A DNA stretch of 64,000 nt from the NCBI GenBank assembly GCA_903834825.1, contig CAILKQ010000039.1, positions 27,653 to 91,652 of the forward strand, read 5' to 3'. The position numbers and the translations under genes were made by a program. The stretch's first letter is position 1. Every line of letters begins with the position of its first letter. Of the stretch, positions 32,800 to 41,320 are shown piece after piece. The notes below the pieces were generated by a model. The model did not search any database. It saw only the letters and a list, made by a program, of their open reading frames with translations, and was not told the origin of the DNA. The DNA comes from an uncultured bacterium. GTDB taxonomy: Bacteria > Bacteroidota > Bacteroidia > Chitinophagales > Chitinophagaceae.

Positions 32800-35760
32800 A
32801 TGATGCTGCTTCGCCCTATCTTTTTTTATACATTATTCCTGTTTGCCTGCTGCTTTCAAGATGCAGCTGCACAGGAGAATCTGCTCCCAAAATGCGGATC
32901 AGATGTGCTATTGTCTATGCTTCGGAAAGATCCCGCATTTGTTCAAAATGAGAAAATGCTCAATGCGGCCATCCGAAACAAAATCCTGTTCAAGAAAAAT
33001 CAACCAACCGTTGTTTATACCATCCCGGTTGTTTTTCACATTGTCAATTCCAACGCGGCTTCTATCACCGACCTGATGGTCATCAATGCCTTGAAAGAGT
33101 TGAATGATGCATTCGCGCACCTTGGTGTCTATGGCGTTGACCCCTTGGGGGCCAACACCATGATACAATTTTGTTTGGCCAGAACGGATCCCAACGGAGG
33201 CCTGACCAGTGGCATTGACAGGGTGAACTCCTATTATGAAAATGTTGACGTAGACCTTGAAAGTGATAAAATGGGATACCTGACCAATTGGGACCCATCA
33301 AAATATGCCAACATTTGGGTGGTCAATTCAATCCAGGGAGAGATCCCCCCCAGCCCATTCAGTTGCGGCGTTTGGACAAGATCTGGTTATGGAGGATATG
33401 CCAGTGCCGGTGTCGGCGCCGTGGTCAGCGGACTCAGCACCCCATTGGTTGCACACGAGATGGGACATTACCTTTCCCTCTTGCATACATTTCAGGGCAC
33501 CAATTGCGTCAACAATGATTGTACCACTGATGGAGACCTGGTCTGCGATACTCCGCCAGACAGGAGTACTCTAGGCTCCGCCTGTTCAAACCCTGAGAAC
33601 TCCTGCAATACCGATACCATTTCAGGACCTTTCACCACAGATGTGCCCGACAATATCTCCAATTTCATGGACTATGGTAGCCCTTGCCCTACCGTATTCA
33701 CCCAGGGTCAGGCAGACAGGATGCGTGCATTTCTGGAGTCTTTCAATGGGGGCAGCCTGATTGCAAGCAACAGGTGCAATATTCCATGTGCAGAAAATAT
33801 CCAAGCCAGTTTTGACTGGAACACCAATCCGCATCCCATCATTGGAGACCTGGTTCAGTTCAACAACAGCAGTACTGGGGCTACAAACTACGAATGGTAT
33901 GTGAATGGTGTGTTGGTAGACAATGTTTTTGCTTTGAAGTATGTTTTTCCGCTGGCCGGAAAATATGCGATAAAACTAAAGGCATACAATGCAGACAACA
34001 ATTGCTTTGGATCTTATGTTGGCAATGTGATTGTTGACTGTGGCGTTGCTTCAAGGTTTTCTCCAGACAAGAGAATCATTGCATCTGAAACCGGCATCTA
34101 CAGCGACACAGTAAGGTTTCTGAACAAGTCTTATGGTGCCACTGCTTATAAATGGTACTTGAGCGATTATACTGGAGGCAACATCACCATGGTCAGTACT
34201 GACAAAGACCTCGCTGTTATGTTTCCAAGAGCGGGGTTCTACCGCATCAGTCTTGAGTCCACCAACGGAACCTGCACAGAAATGTCCAGAACCTATACCA
34301 TGAATGTTTTGGATCCAAAGCCTGATGGGATACTTACCATTTATGACATGGACTGCTACAAAAATGACAGCATCAGGATTGTTTTTAGCGTTTACAATGC
34401 AGGCTACGACACGATTCCCGCCAACATGCCCATAACATTTTATGACAGGGATCCTTCACTTCCCGGGGCACAGCAACTCAAAAATACCTTTGTTACCGAT
34501 AAACCAATCCTTGGAAGATGTGGCTTTACCTATACCCATATCATTGCAGCCAACAGGGCAAAACTGGATACTGTTTTCGCTGTTTTTGATGAGCCAGACA
34601 CACTCCTTGAATTGAGCAACATCAACAACAAGACCAGCAGGAGAAATTTTCAATTCAGGATTACTGTTTCACCAACTGATACCACTATATACACCAACAG
34701 TGATATACAATTGATGATGCGGAATTCCGGAGACAGCGCCAGCAATATCAAGTGGACAGCCAAGGCAACATCGAATTGTACCAACTGCAAGGATCCCATT
34801 TTCAGGATTGTGGATTCTACCAGAATCAAAGTATATGCAGAGAGCAGTTATGGCTGTGCAGACTCTGCTTATGCGAATGTCAATGTATTTCCCATCGATA
34901 TTTACCTGACCACCAATGCTATTTTGTGTTCAAAAAATGACAGCCTTGTTGCCAGCTCCATCATTTGCCTTTCCAACGGATACAGCAGCCTCAAACAGAA
35001 CATTGAAATGCGGTATTTTGATGGCGATACATCAGCCGGACCAGCCAACCTCCTGGGAACCGCAACGATACTGAGAACAACGGCTTTCAACAACCTCTGC
35101 CTGCTGGTTCGCCACCGCATCAAAATGAGTAAAACAGGAAAAGTCTTTGCTTATATCAATGGCGACCTAAAGCAATTTGAATCCAATCTCAACAACAACA
35201 GGTCCAATTATACGTATGTGCCATTCAGCATAGATGTGCCCGATGACGACATTGATGTATTCAGAGGAGTTGCCACCCAGTTATCAATCATCAATGGTGG
35301 GGAAAAATACAAGACCCTGCTCTGGACACCCTCCAACCAGCTGAGCTGCAGCACCTGCCCAGATCCTGTATTCAAAGGTAATTCCAATACGCTGTTGAAA
35401 GTAGTCGGATCGTCAGAATACGGCTGCAGGGATTCTGCCACCATCAAGGTGAATGTTTTCTGGCAGGACCATTTGATTCTTCCCAATGTATTTACCCCTG
35501 ATGGCGACGGATTGAATGACAATTTTTATGTGATCGCTGGTAAGGATGTTAAACTGGTAAAACAGTTTCAGGTATTCAACCGCTGGGGGCAGAAAGTTTT
35601 TGAGAAAACCAATGGCAGCACCAATGATTATGCCGCTGGATGGAATGGCATGTTCAAGGGTGTTAAAGCGCCAATGGGCACCTATGTATATTTTATTGTG
35701 GTAGAATTACAGGATGGTTCCAGCGAAACGCACAAAGGAAATATCACACTCATCAGATAA
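32800..35760 (+). CDS. Secreted M43-type zinc metalloprotease with Ig/PKD-like repeats and T9SS type B (gliding-motility CHU_C) C-terminal domain
   Basis: ATG 32800 gives the signal MMLLRPIFFYTLFLFACCFQDAAAQ. Zinc motif VAHEMGHYLSLLHTF followed by DGDLVCDTPPD (M43/cytophagalysin pattern). C-terminal PNVFTPDGDGLNDNFYV...FNRWGQKVFE...GTYVYFI...GNITLIR. Confidence 0.8.
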   Translation: MMLLRPIFFYTLFLFACCFQDAAAQENLLPKCGSDVLLSMLRKDPAFVQNEKMLNAAIRNKILFKKNQPTVVYTIPVVFHIVNSNAASITDLMVINALKELNDAFAHLGVYGVDPLGANTMIQFCLARTDPNGGLTSGIDRVNSYYENVDVDLESDKMGYLTNWDPSKYANIWVVNSIQGEIPPSPFSCGVWTRSGYGGYASAGVGAVVSGLSTPLVAHEMGHYLSLLHTFQGTNCVNNDCTTDGDLVCDTPPDRSTLGSACSNPENSCNTDTISGPFTTDVPDNISNFMDYGSPCPTVFTQGQADRMRAFLESFNGGSLIASNRCNIPCAENIQASFDWNTNPHPIIGDLVQFNNSSTGATNYEWYVNGVLVDNVFALKYVFPLAGKYAIKLKAYNADNNCFGSYVGNVIVDCGVASRFSPDKRIIASETGIYSDTVRFLNKSYGATAYKWYLSDYTGGNITMVSTDKDLAVMFPRAGFYRISLESTNGTCTEMSRTYTMNVLDPKPDGILTIYDMDCYKNDSIRIVFSVYNAGYDTIPANMPITFYDRDPSLPGAQQLKNTFVTDKPILGRCGFTYTHIIAANRAKLDTVFAVFDEPDTLLELSNINNKTSRRNFQFRITVSPTDTTIYTNSDIQLMMRNSGDSASNIKWTAKATSNCTNCKDPIFRIVDSTRIKVYAESSYGCADSAYANVNVFPIDIYLTTNAILCSKNDSLVASSIICLSNGYSSLKQNIEMRYFDGDTSAGPANLLGTATILRTTAFNNLCLLVRHRIKMSKTGKVFAYINGDLKQFESNLNNNRSNYTYVPFSIDVPDDDIDVFRGVATQLSIINGGEKYKTLLWTPSNQLSCSTCPDPVFKGNSNTLLKVVGSSEYGCRDSATIKVNVFWQDHLILPNVFTPDGDGLNDNFYVIAGKDVKLVKQFQVFNRWGQKVFEKTNGSTNDYAAGWNGMFKGVKAPMGTYVYFIVVELQDGSSETHKGNITLIR

Positions 35761-35761
35761 A

Positions 35762-36769
35762 GTGAAAAAAAGCCTGACCATATTGTCCTTTGTTTTTATT
35801 GCACTGCAGGCCCGTGCACAGGACCCGCATTTCTCGCAATTCTTTTCATCACCATTGACCTTGAATCCTGCCAATACGGGCAACTTCTCAGGCTTTGCAA
35901 GGGCTTCAGCGAACTACAGGAACCAATGGCCTTCGTTTGGGAATGCATACTCCACGTCAACGGCTTCCATCGATGGCACAGTATTTAAGAAGCTCATTCC
36001 AGAAGGAGACAGGTTGAGCCTTGGCTTGCTGATGTTGTCTGATCAATCGGGCAATGGCATCCTGAAAGAAAACCACCTTGGTCTTTCTGCTGCCTATACC
36101 AAGGGGCTCGACGAGATGGGCAATCATTCCATCACCGCCGGTTTTCAAGGGAGTTTTAGCAGCCTTGGTTTTGATCAGAACAAAGCCAATTTTGAAGACG
36201 AAATATCAGCCAGTGGTTTTACATTGCCTTCCTCAGAGGTATTGCTTACAAGAGACCTGGGCAGGCAATATGTTGATATGCACGCGGGTCTGATGTACAA
36301 AGGTTCTTTTACTGAAAACGATCTTTTTTATGCAGGGGCATCAGTCTATCACCTGAAGACCCCTTCGTTGGGATTTTCATCACCCAATTATTTTATACAG
36401 CGCAGGTACAATGTGCATGGAGGTGGTTATATCGCACTTGGATATGCCACCACGGTTCATGCCAGTTTTCAGTACCAGCAGCAGTTCAATTACAAGGAAT
36501 TTGTACTGGGCGGTGCCATCAGCCAGTTGTTGGTTGATAAACAAAAAACCTATACGGAGCTCTATGCGGGAGCATGGATCAGAAACAACGATGCGATCAT
36601 TCCTTATCTGGGCATTGAATGGAACAGCCTCAGGGCGGGCTTCTCCTACGACATCAATTATTCAAAACGCAAAGCTGCTTCTGCCATGTACCAAAGCGCA
36701 GAAATTTCCCTCAATTGGATTTTCAATGTTGAAGAGGGTGCATTGACGGTGAAATGTCCGAAGTTTTAG
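35762..36769 (+). CDS. PorP/SprF family type IX secretion system membrane protein
   Basis: An in-frame GTG at 35762, two nt after the protease stop, gives VKKSLTILSFVFIALQARAQDPHFSQFFSSPLTLNPANTG. This is the hallmark PorP/SprF N-terminus. The beta-barrel-like C-terminus ends in ...SLNWIF. Confidence 0.8.
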   Translation: MKKSLTILSFVFIALQARAQDPHFSQFFSSPLTLNPANTGNFSGFARASANYRNQWPSFGNAYSTSTASIDGTVFKKLIPEGDRLSLGLLMLSDQSGNGILKENHLGLSAAYTKGLDEMGNHSITAGFQGSFSSLGFDQNKANFEDEISASGFTLPSSEVLLTRDLGRQYVDMHAGLMYKGSFTENDLFYAGASVYHLKTPSLGFSSPNYFIQRRYNVHGGGYIALGYATTVHASFQYQQQFNYKEFVLGGAISQLLVDKQKTYTELYAGAWIRNNDAIIPYLGIEWNSLRAGFSYDINYSKRKAASAMYQSAEISLNWIFNVEEGALTVKCPKF

Positions 36770-36770
36770 G

Positions 36771-39700
36771 TCAATGCTGCTTCACAAACTTCTTGAAATA
36801 GGTTTTCTCGTTGTTGGTTACACGAAGCAGATAGACTCCATCCGCAGCATTCCCCAGTTCAACTGCATGTAATTTTGTTCCAGTATTGGTGTTGAACTGA
36901 ACACCATTGTAGATGGTATGGCCTGATATGGAGATGATATCAAACTTCAGTTTTCCTGCCGCAGGATTCAGTTTCACCTCTACGCGGTTTCTTACTGGGT
37001 TTTGAACCAAGGTCAATCCTATTTGATCGGTGTTGTAATTGGCAACTGCAGTAGTGCCTGAAGATGTGAGCTGGTATCTGCTCAGGACCGGCATATGATC
37101 TGCGGTAGTGGTTGCGTAATTGGTGATCCAATCGTTTACTTCCCTGATCAATCTTGCAGTACCATTGATATAGTCTGCTTCCAGTTCATTGGAGATGATG
37201 ACATGGTCAATAAAATCGGAGTAGCCAATCAAAGAATTATGTCCTGTATTGCTCAGGATCATGCTCACAGCCTTGTAGCGGTCTGCGTCCGTTGAATCCT
37301 TGACAATATCATCATAAGAAGAAAGCGCAGGGTTGACGCCTTCTGAAATGGTTGAATCAAGGTCATCGTTATAATCACCCAAGATGATAACATTGGCAGC
37401 ATTAAAACTGGCATCAAGGGTATCTTTCAGCTCTTTGGCGCCATCTTTTCTTCTCAGGTGATCAGATGCGGTGCTACCAGACTTTCCATGCAACAGGATG
37501 AAATTCATTTTTTTGGTAGCAGTACCATTCACAACATCTGCCTGCAGCAAGAAGGGAACACGTCCGCTGGCCCAGTTGGAATTGGCGGCAGTACTGGTTT
37601 TCAGGAGTCCTCTTGCTATTGGGTTGGTGATGACGGATTTCCTGTAGGCAAAAGCAATCTTCTGACCAGACGCATAGCTTCCGCTTGTAGTATTGGCAGC
37701 GTTGGAGCAGTAATCAGAAACGATAAATCCATAGCCAGCAGAAGATTCAATGAGTGTTTTGAAACGGTTGATGTCTACCACTTCTGAGAATGCATAGATA
37801 TCAGCGTCCAGGCTGTCCATGACGCGTTTGATATTGGCCTGTGCCAGGTCATCATTGGTTGGTCCCTGACCGGCTGCAGTGCTGCCAAACCAAAGGATAT
37901 TCCAGTTGACCACATCAAGGGTTGTGGTTTTTGCATAGGTATTTCCTGAGAGATCATAATAGACGGTGGCTGAGCCCATGGCACTGAAGGCAATCCTACC
38001 AACAGCAACTGATTTATCTGTTGTAGGCATGTACCTGACATGAATGGTTTTAGATCCGCCGGCCAACTGTGCAACAGTGAAGCTGATGCTGCTGGAGAAA
38101 TTAATATTGTCTTTGGAAACCTGGAAAAGCGCAGGAGCAGTGATCATCAGGTCTGAAGCGGCATTCATCACCTGAAAGCGAATGGGCTTGGATGTTGTTG
38201 TTGTACCAGCACTGCTGTTATCGAACTGGGCCAAGGTTGGTGTTTCAAGAACTACTTTTGCCACCGGTGCGGAGGTCCTGTTTTTTATTTGCACATCATC
38301 CAACGAAACCCTTGCAGCACCAAGCGCTGGAGAGGAAATGTATTTAAAGGCGATATAGGTTGACCCAGACTTATATGATGCTAGGTTGATGTCTTCAACG
38401 GCAGTCCACTTGTCGCTGTTGGGCAATGGGAGCAATGCGTCAACAGGCGTCCACGCAGCTGCCCCTGGAGCGGGCCTGGAAGCCTGGTTGCTGGCCACCA
38501 ATACCTGAATCTGGGGTCCTGCGTATTTTGTCCTTTCGCTAAAAGAAAGAATAGGAAACTGAAAAAGACTAAGGTCAAGGGCTGGAGAAATCAGCCAGTC
38601 TTCGTTATCAACCGCACCTATTCCAGAAACAAAGCCATTGACCTGCACACCATTGGTACCGGCATTGCCGAATATGCTACAAGCCCATACGCTATCCCCC
38701 TTTACACTGGTCTGTGACCAACCCGAAGGAAGACCTCCTGCACAGGCATTGAAATCAAATGAAAATTCTGGCGCAACTGAAGTGGTAAAACTCCAGGTGC
38801 TGCTACCGGTAAATCCAGCAAACTTGTTGCCCGCAACATCAGCAAAAGCGGTGTTGGGAACCTCAATATAGTATTTTGTAGAAAGGGTGAGCCCGCTTAC
38901 TGCAATGCTGGCCGCAGCACCCGTAACGGAAACAGCAGCTGTTGCCACATCAAAGGTGGACACCGTGCTGTTGTCTGCAAATTTTTTAATGGTAACCAAT
39001 CCGGTTCCTTTTGCAATGGGTTCAGAGAAATTGAGCACCAGGCTTGTACTGGTGTTGATGCCTGTCGCATTGTTCGCAGGGCTCAGGGAAGAGATCATTG
39101 GGGCAGTATTGTCTGCACCAGCACTGATGGCCTCAATGGAGAAATCATCAATGCCCAACCCGTCATCAGCACCCGTTGCATTAAAATCAGACCAACGGAG
39201 GTAAAAAGTGGCCCCGTTTCCTATGTTGAGGCCTGTGATGGTAAAATTGATGGCTGTTGTATTCGCAGCAACGGTTCCATCCAATGCCCCAACAGTTGCT
39301 GTGGTGATAGGCCCTGTGAAGTCCAGCTGGTCTGCATTGATCCAGGTTCCCGTAGCCAGACTGGTGGCATCCGTGCTGTATTGGAAATCGAGCCTGTCTG
39401 CCCTCGCAGTGGCGCCGAGCCTCCACTGTTCTCCAACATAACTGATTTTGAGTGATGATACTGCACCGCCGGTCGTATTGGTAAAGGCTACCCCAATGGA
39501 TGGAATCAAACTTCCTGACTGAACCGTTCCAAGTGCCCTGTCATCAGCGGCATCAAGACCAAAGCTATAGGTATCCCCTGAAGTGGAGGAGCCTGTTCCG
39601 GCAGTATAGGTTAAGTTGGCGTTTGTTCCTGTCTCCAGCAGGAGCCATCCGGAAGGAAGGGTTGATGCCGTTCCTGTTTTTGCCAGTGTGTTGAAGTTTT

Positions 39701-39803
39701 GCGTATACGGCGTTGCAGTGAGAGATACTTGCGCATGCAAGGCATTAACAAAAAAAATCACTGTGGCAAAAAGGACAGAAAAGGAGGAAGGTAAAAAACG
39801 CAT
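36771..39803 (-). CDS. Large secreted endonuclease/exonuclease/phosphatase (EEP)-domain protein with Ig-like and choice-of-anchor-J-like domains and T9SS type A CTD
   Basis: Signal MRFLPSSFSVLFATVIFFVNALHAQ. Big_5-like segment APMISSLSPANNATGI...FSEPI. GWSQTSVKGDSVWAC...DNEDWLISPALDL resembles choice-of-anchor J. EEP blocks: VVNWNILWFG, DIYAFSEV, ILLHGKSG, IILGDYNDDL, TTADHMPVLSRY. C-terminal LTLVQNPVRNRVEVKL...GVYLLRV. Confidence 0.75.
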   Translation of the reverse strand: MRFLPSSFSVLFATVIFFVNALHAQVSLTATPYTQNFNTLAKTGTASTLPSGWLLLETGTNANLTYTAGTGSSTSGDTYSFGLDAADDRALGTVQSGSLIPSIGVAFTNTTGGAVSSLKISYVGEQWRLGATARADRLDFQYSTDATSLATGTWINADQLDFTGPITTATVGALDGTVAANTTAINFTITGLNIGNGATFYLRWSDFNATGADDGLGIDDFSIEAISAGADNTAPMISSLSPANNATGINTSTSLVLNFSEPIAKGTGLVTIKKFADNSTVSTFDVATAAVSVTGAAASIAVSGLTLSTKYYIEVPNTAFADVAGNKFAGFTGSSTWSFTTSVAPEFSFDFNACAGGLPSGWSQTSVKGDSVWACSIFGNAGTNGVQVNGFVSGIGAVDNEDWLISPALDLSLFQFPILSFSERTKYAGPQIQVLVASNQASRPAPGAAAWTPVDALLPLPNSDKWTAVEDINLASYKSGSTYIAFKYISSPALGAARVSLDDVQIKNRTSAPVAKVVLETPTLAQFDNSSAGTTTTSKPIRFQVMNAASDLMITAPALFQVSKDNINFSSSISFTVAQLAGGSKTIHVRYMPTTDKSVAVGRIAFSAMGSATVYYDLSGNTYAKTTTLDVVNWNILWFGSTAAGQGPTNDDLAQANIKRVMDSLDADIYAFSEVVDINRFKTLIESSAGYGFIVSDYCSNAANTTSGSYASGQKIAFAYRKSVITNPIARGLLKTSTAANSNWASGRVPFLLQADVVNGTATKKMNFILLHGKSGSTASDHLRRKDGAKELKDTLDASFNAANVIILGDYNDDLDSTISEGVNPALSSYDDIVKDSTDADRYKAVSMILSNTGHNSLIGYSDFIDHVIISNELEADYINGTARLIREVNDWITNYATTTADHMPVLSRYQLTSSGTTAVANYNTDQIGLTLVQNPVRNRVEVKLNPAAGKLKFDIISISGHTIYNGVQFNTNTGTKLHAVELGNAADGVYLLRVTNNEKTYFKKFVKQH

Positions 39804-39993
39804 GAAGAGGAGATTTATGCGAATATAGAGGGATTTTGAAAACCCTCACCCATCCATCCGTCAAGTCAGCATTAATTTTTCTAACCCAGCCTTCAAATGC
39901 CGGGCTGGAAAAACGCCTGACTGCCTCCACTTCACATCCATTAGCCCAATGATTTCGCCAAACGTTGAATTATTTGACATCTTGTTGGAACGC

Positions 39994-41190
39994 CTACTCC
40001 TTGATCCAAATCAACGGATTCCTGATGGGCAGGTTCCTGATTACCTCATCTTCAGTGGGGGCATGGTCAAGAAATTTCCAGGTATTGAACAAGGCTTGAT
40101 CATTGAGTGCAATGGCACCAAAAATCATAAAAGGGTGCGCCACGGGCCAATTGTCCCAGTACATCACATCCTGCTTGAAGGTCCATTTCTTCTTGTCTTC
40201 CACAAATGGATGCATGAAGGATATCCCCTTCCGGATTGATCGTTTGTCTTCCAGGGCAAATTCCCACACATTGTTTTGCTTGTCAGAAAGCATTTTACAG
40301 AGCATGACCATGGCATCAAGGTTGAACAGGGAGTATCCATAAGGCTTTGTTCTGGCCAACTCCTTGGGAAAGCTTCCATCCATGGCCATTTGGCCTGGCA
40401 AGTGCAATGTTTTAAAGCGTTGTCTGCAAAGATCCAACAAAGAATCGTTTTGGGTGAACCTTGCAAACCCAGCCACCTGCATGGTCCAGCAGGTGCCATG
40501 GTTGTTGAGTGCATTCATCTCATCGATGCCATATTTATGGTGGGTGACCCAGTTGAGGTATTTTTCAAACCATGCGCGATATTGAATAAACTCAGCAGGC
40601 TTGGCCGATTTGCTTTTTTCAAGAACATTGAGGGCTTGTGCCACTTCAATCATTTGGATCATGTCTATGATGCCAATTCCCCTGCCAGTGAACCTGCCCT
40701 TGATGGCCTGTGCGTAGAGCAGGTGTGGATTCATAAGTGTTGCAGTATCGATGAACCAAGCCCTTGCATGCCTGAATGCCTGCGCCGCATACCGCTCTTT
40801 TTTGCTTGTAAGATATGCTGATGCAAGTGAACCCATGACCCGGCTGAAGCGAATCATGGCCTTTCGGTGATCAATAAAATTATCGGGATTGGTCATGCCA
40901 TCCCGCTGTATATAAGGACTGTCGGTACTTTTAGGGTTGGGCCACCAATAATCCCCTTCAGAAAAAAAATCATGCTTGCCTCCGCTGCTCCGGCTTGATG
41001 TTGAAGCAGTCACAGTAACAGGTAGTTGTTCCATTGCCCAACTTGCTTCCTTTTGAACATAAGGCATCAAGACCTTTTCCGCCGCTGATGCCATGGTGGA
41101 TGAGGGGGAAGGAGTTTGTGCTGAAAGCTGGACGGAAAGTAGCGCTACATTGAGCAATAGAATAGAATGTTTTGCAACTGAACAGATCAT
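39994..41190 (-). CDS. Alginate-lyase-fold (PF05426-like, alpha/alpha toroid) polysaccharide lyase family protein, secreted
   Basis: Signal ILLLNVALLSVQLSAQ. Motifs: DYWWPNPKS..PYIQRDGMTNPD, NALNNHGTCW, MDGSFPKELARTKPYGYSLF. Substrate cannot be inferred. Confidence 0.6.
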   Translation of the reverse strand: MICSVAKHSILLLNVALLSVQLSAQTPSPSSTMASAAEKVLMPYVQKEASWAMEQLPVTVTASTSSRSSGGKHDFFSEGDYWWPNPKSTDSPYIQRDGMTNPDNFIDHRKAMIRFSRVMGSLASAYLTSKKERYAAQAFRHARAWFIDTATLMNPHLLYAQAIKGRFTGRGIGIIDMIQMIEVAQALNVLEKSKSAKPAEFIQYRAWFEKYLNWVTHHKYGIDEMNALNNHGTCWTMQVAGFARFTQNDSLLDLCRQRFKTLHLPGQMAMDGSFPKELARTKPYGYSLFNLDAMVMLCKMLSDKQNNVWEFALEDKRSIRKGISFMHPFVEDKKKWTFKQDVMYWDNWPVAHPFMIFGAIALNDQALFNTWKFLDHAPTEDEVIRNLPIRNPLIWIKE

Positions 41191-41280
41191 GCGTATAGCT
41201 TGTTTGAAGGAAAGTTAGCGCAATTTTGGCTTTATCGAAAAACATCATCGAAAACGTTTTCCTACATATATACCAAGCCT

Positions 41281-41312
41281 TTTGAATCAAACAAATGCTA
41301 TCCTTATCTTTG
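41281..41312 (+). promoter_or_regulatory. Bacteroidota-type promoter: -33 TTTG (41281-41284) and -7 TATCTTTG (41305-41312)
   Basis: Exact TAnnTTTG match with a 20-nt spacer to TTTG, 8 nt upstream of ATG 41321. This argues against the longer TTG-initiated ORF at 41282. Confidence 0.55.
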
Positions 41313-41320
41313 AACTCTTC

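Noticed and set aside
39886-39908. Hairpin CCAGCC-N11-GGCTGG downstream of the alginate-lyase-fold gene as a terminator
   Set aside because: The stem is only 6 bp. On the relevant (minus) strand the T-run precedes the stem rather than following it. It is not a convincing intrinsic terminator.
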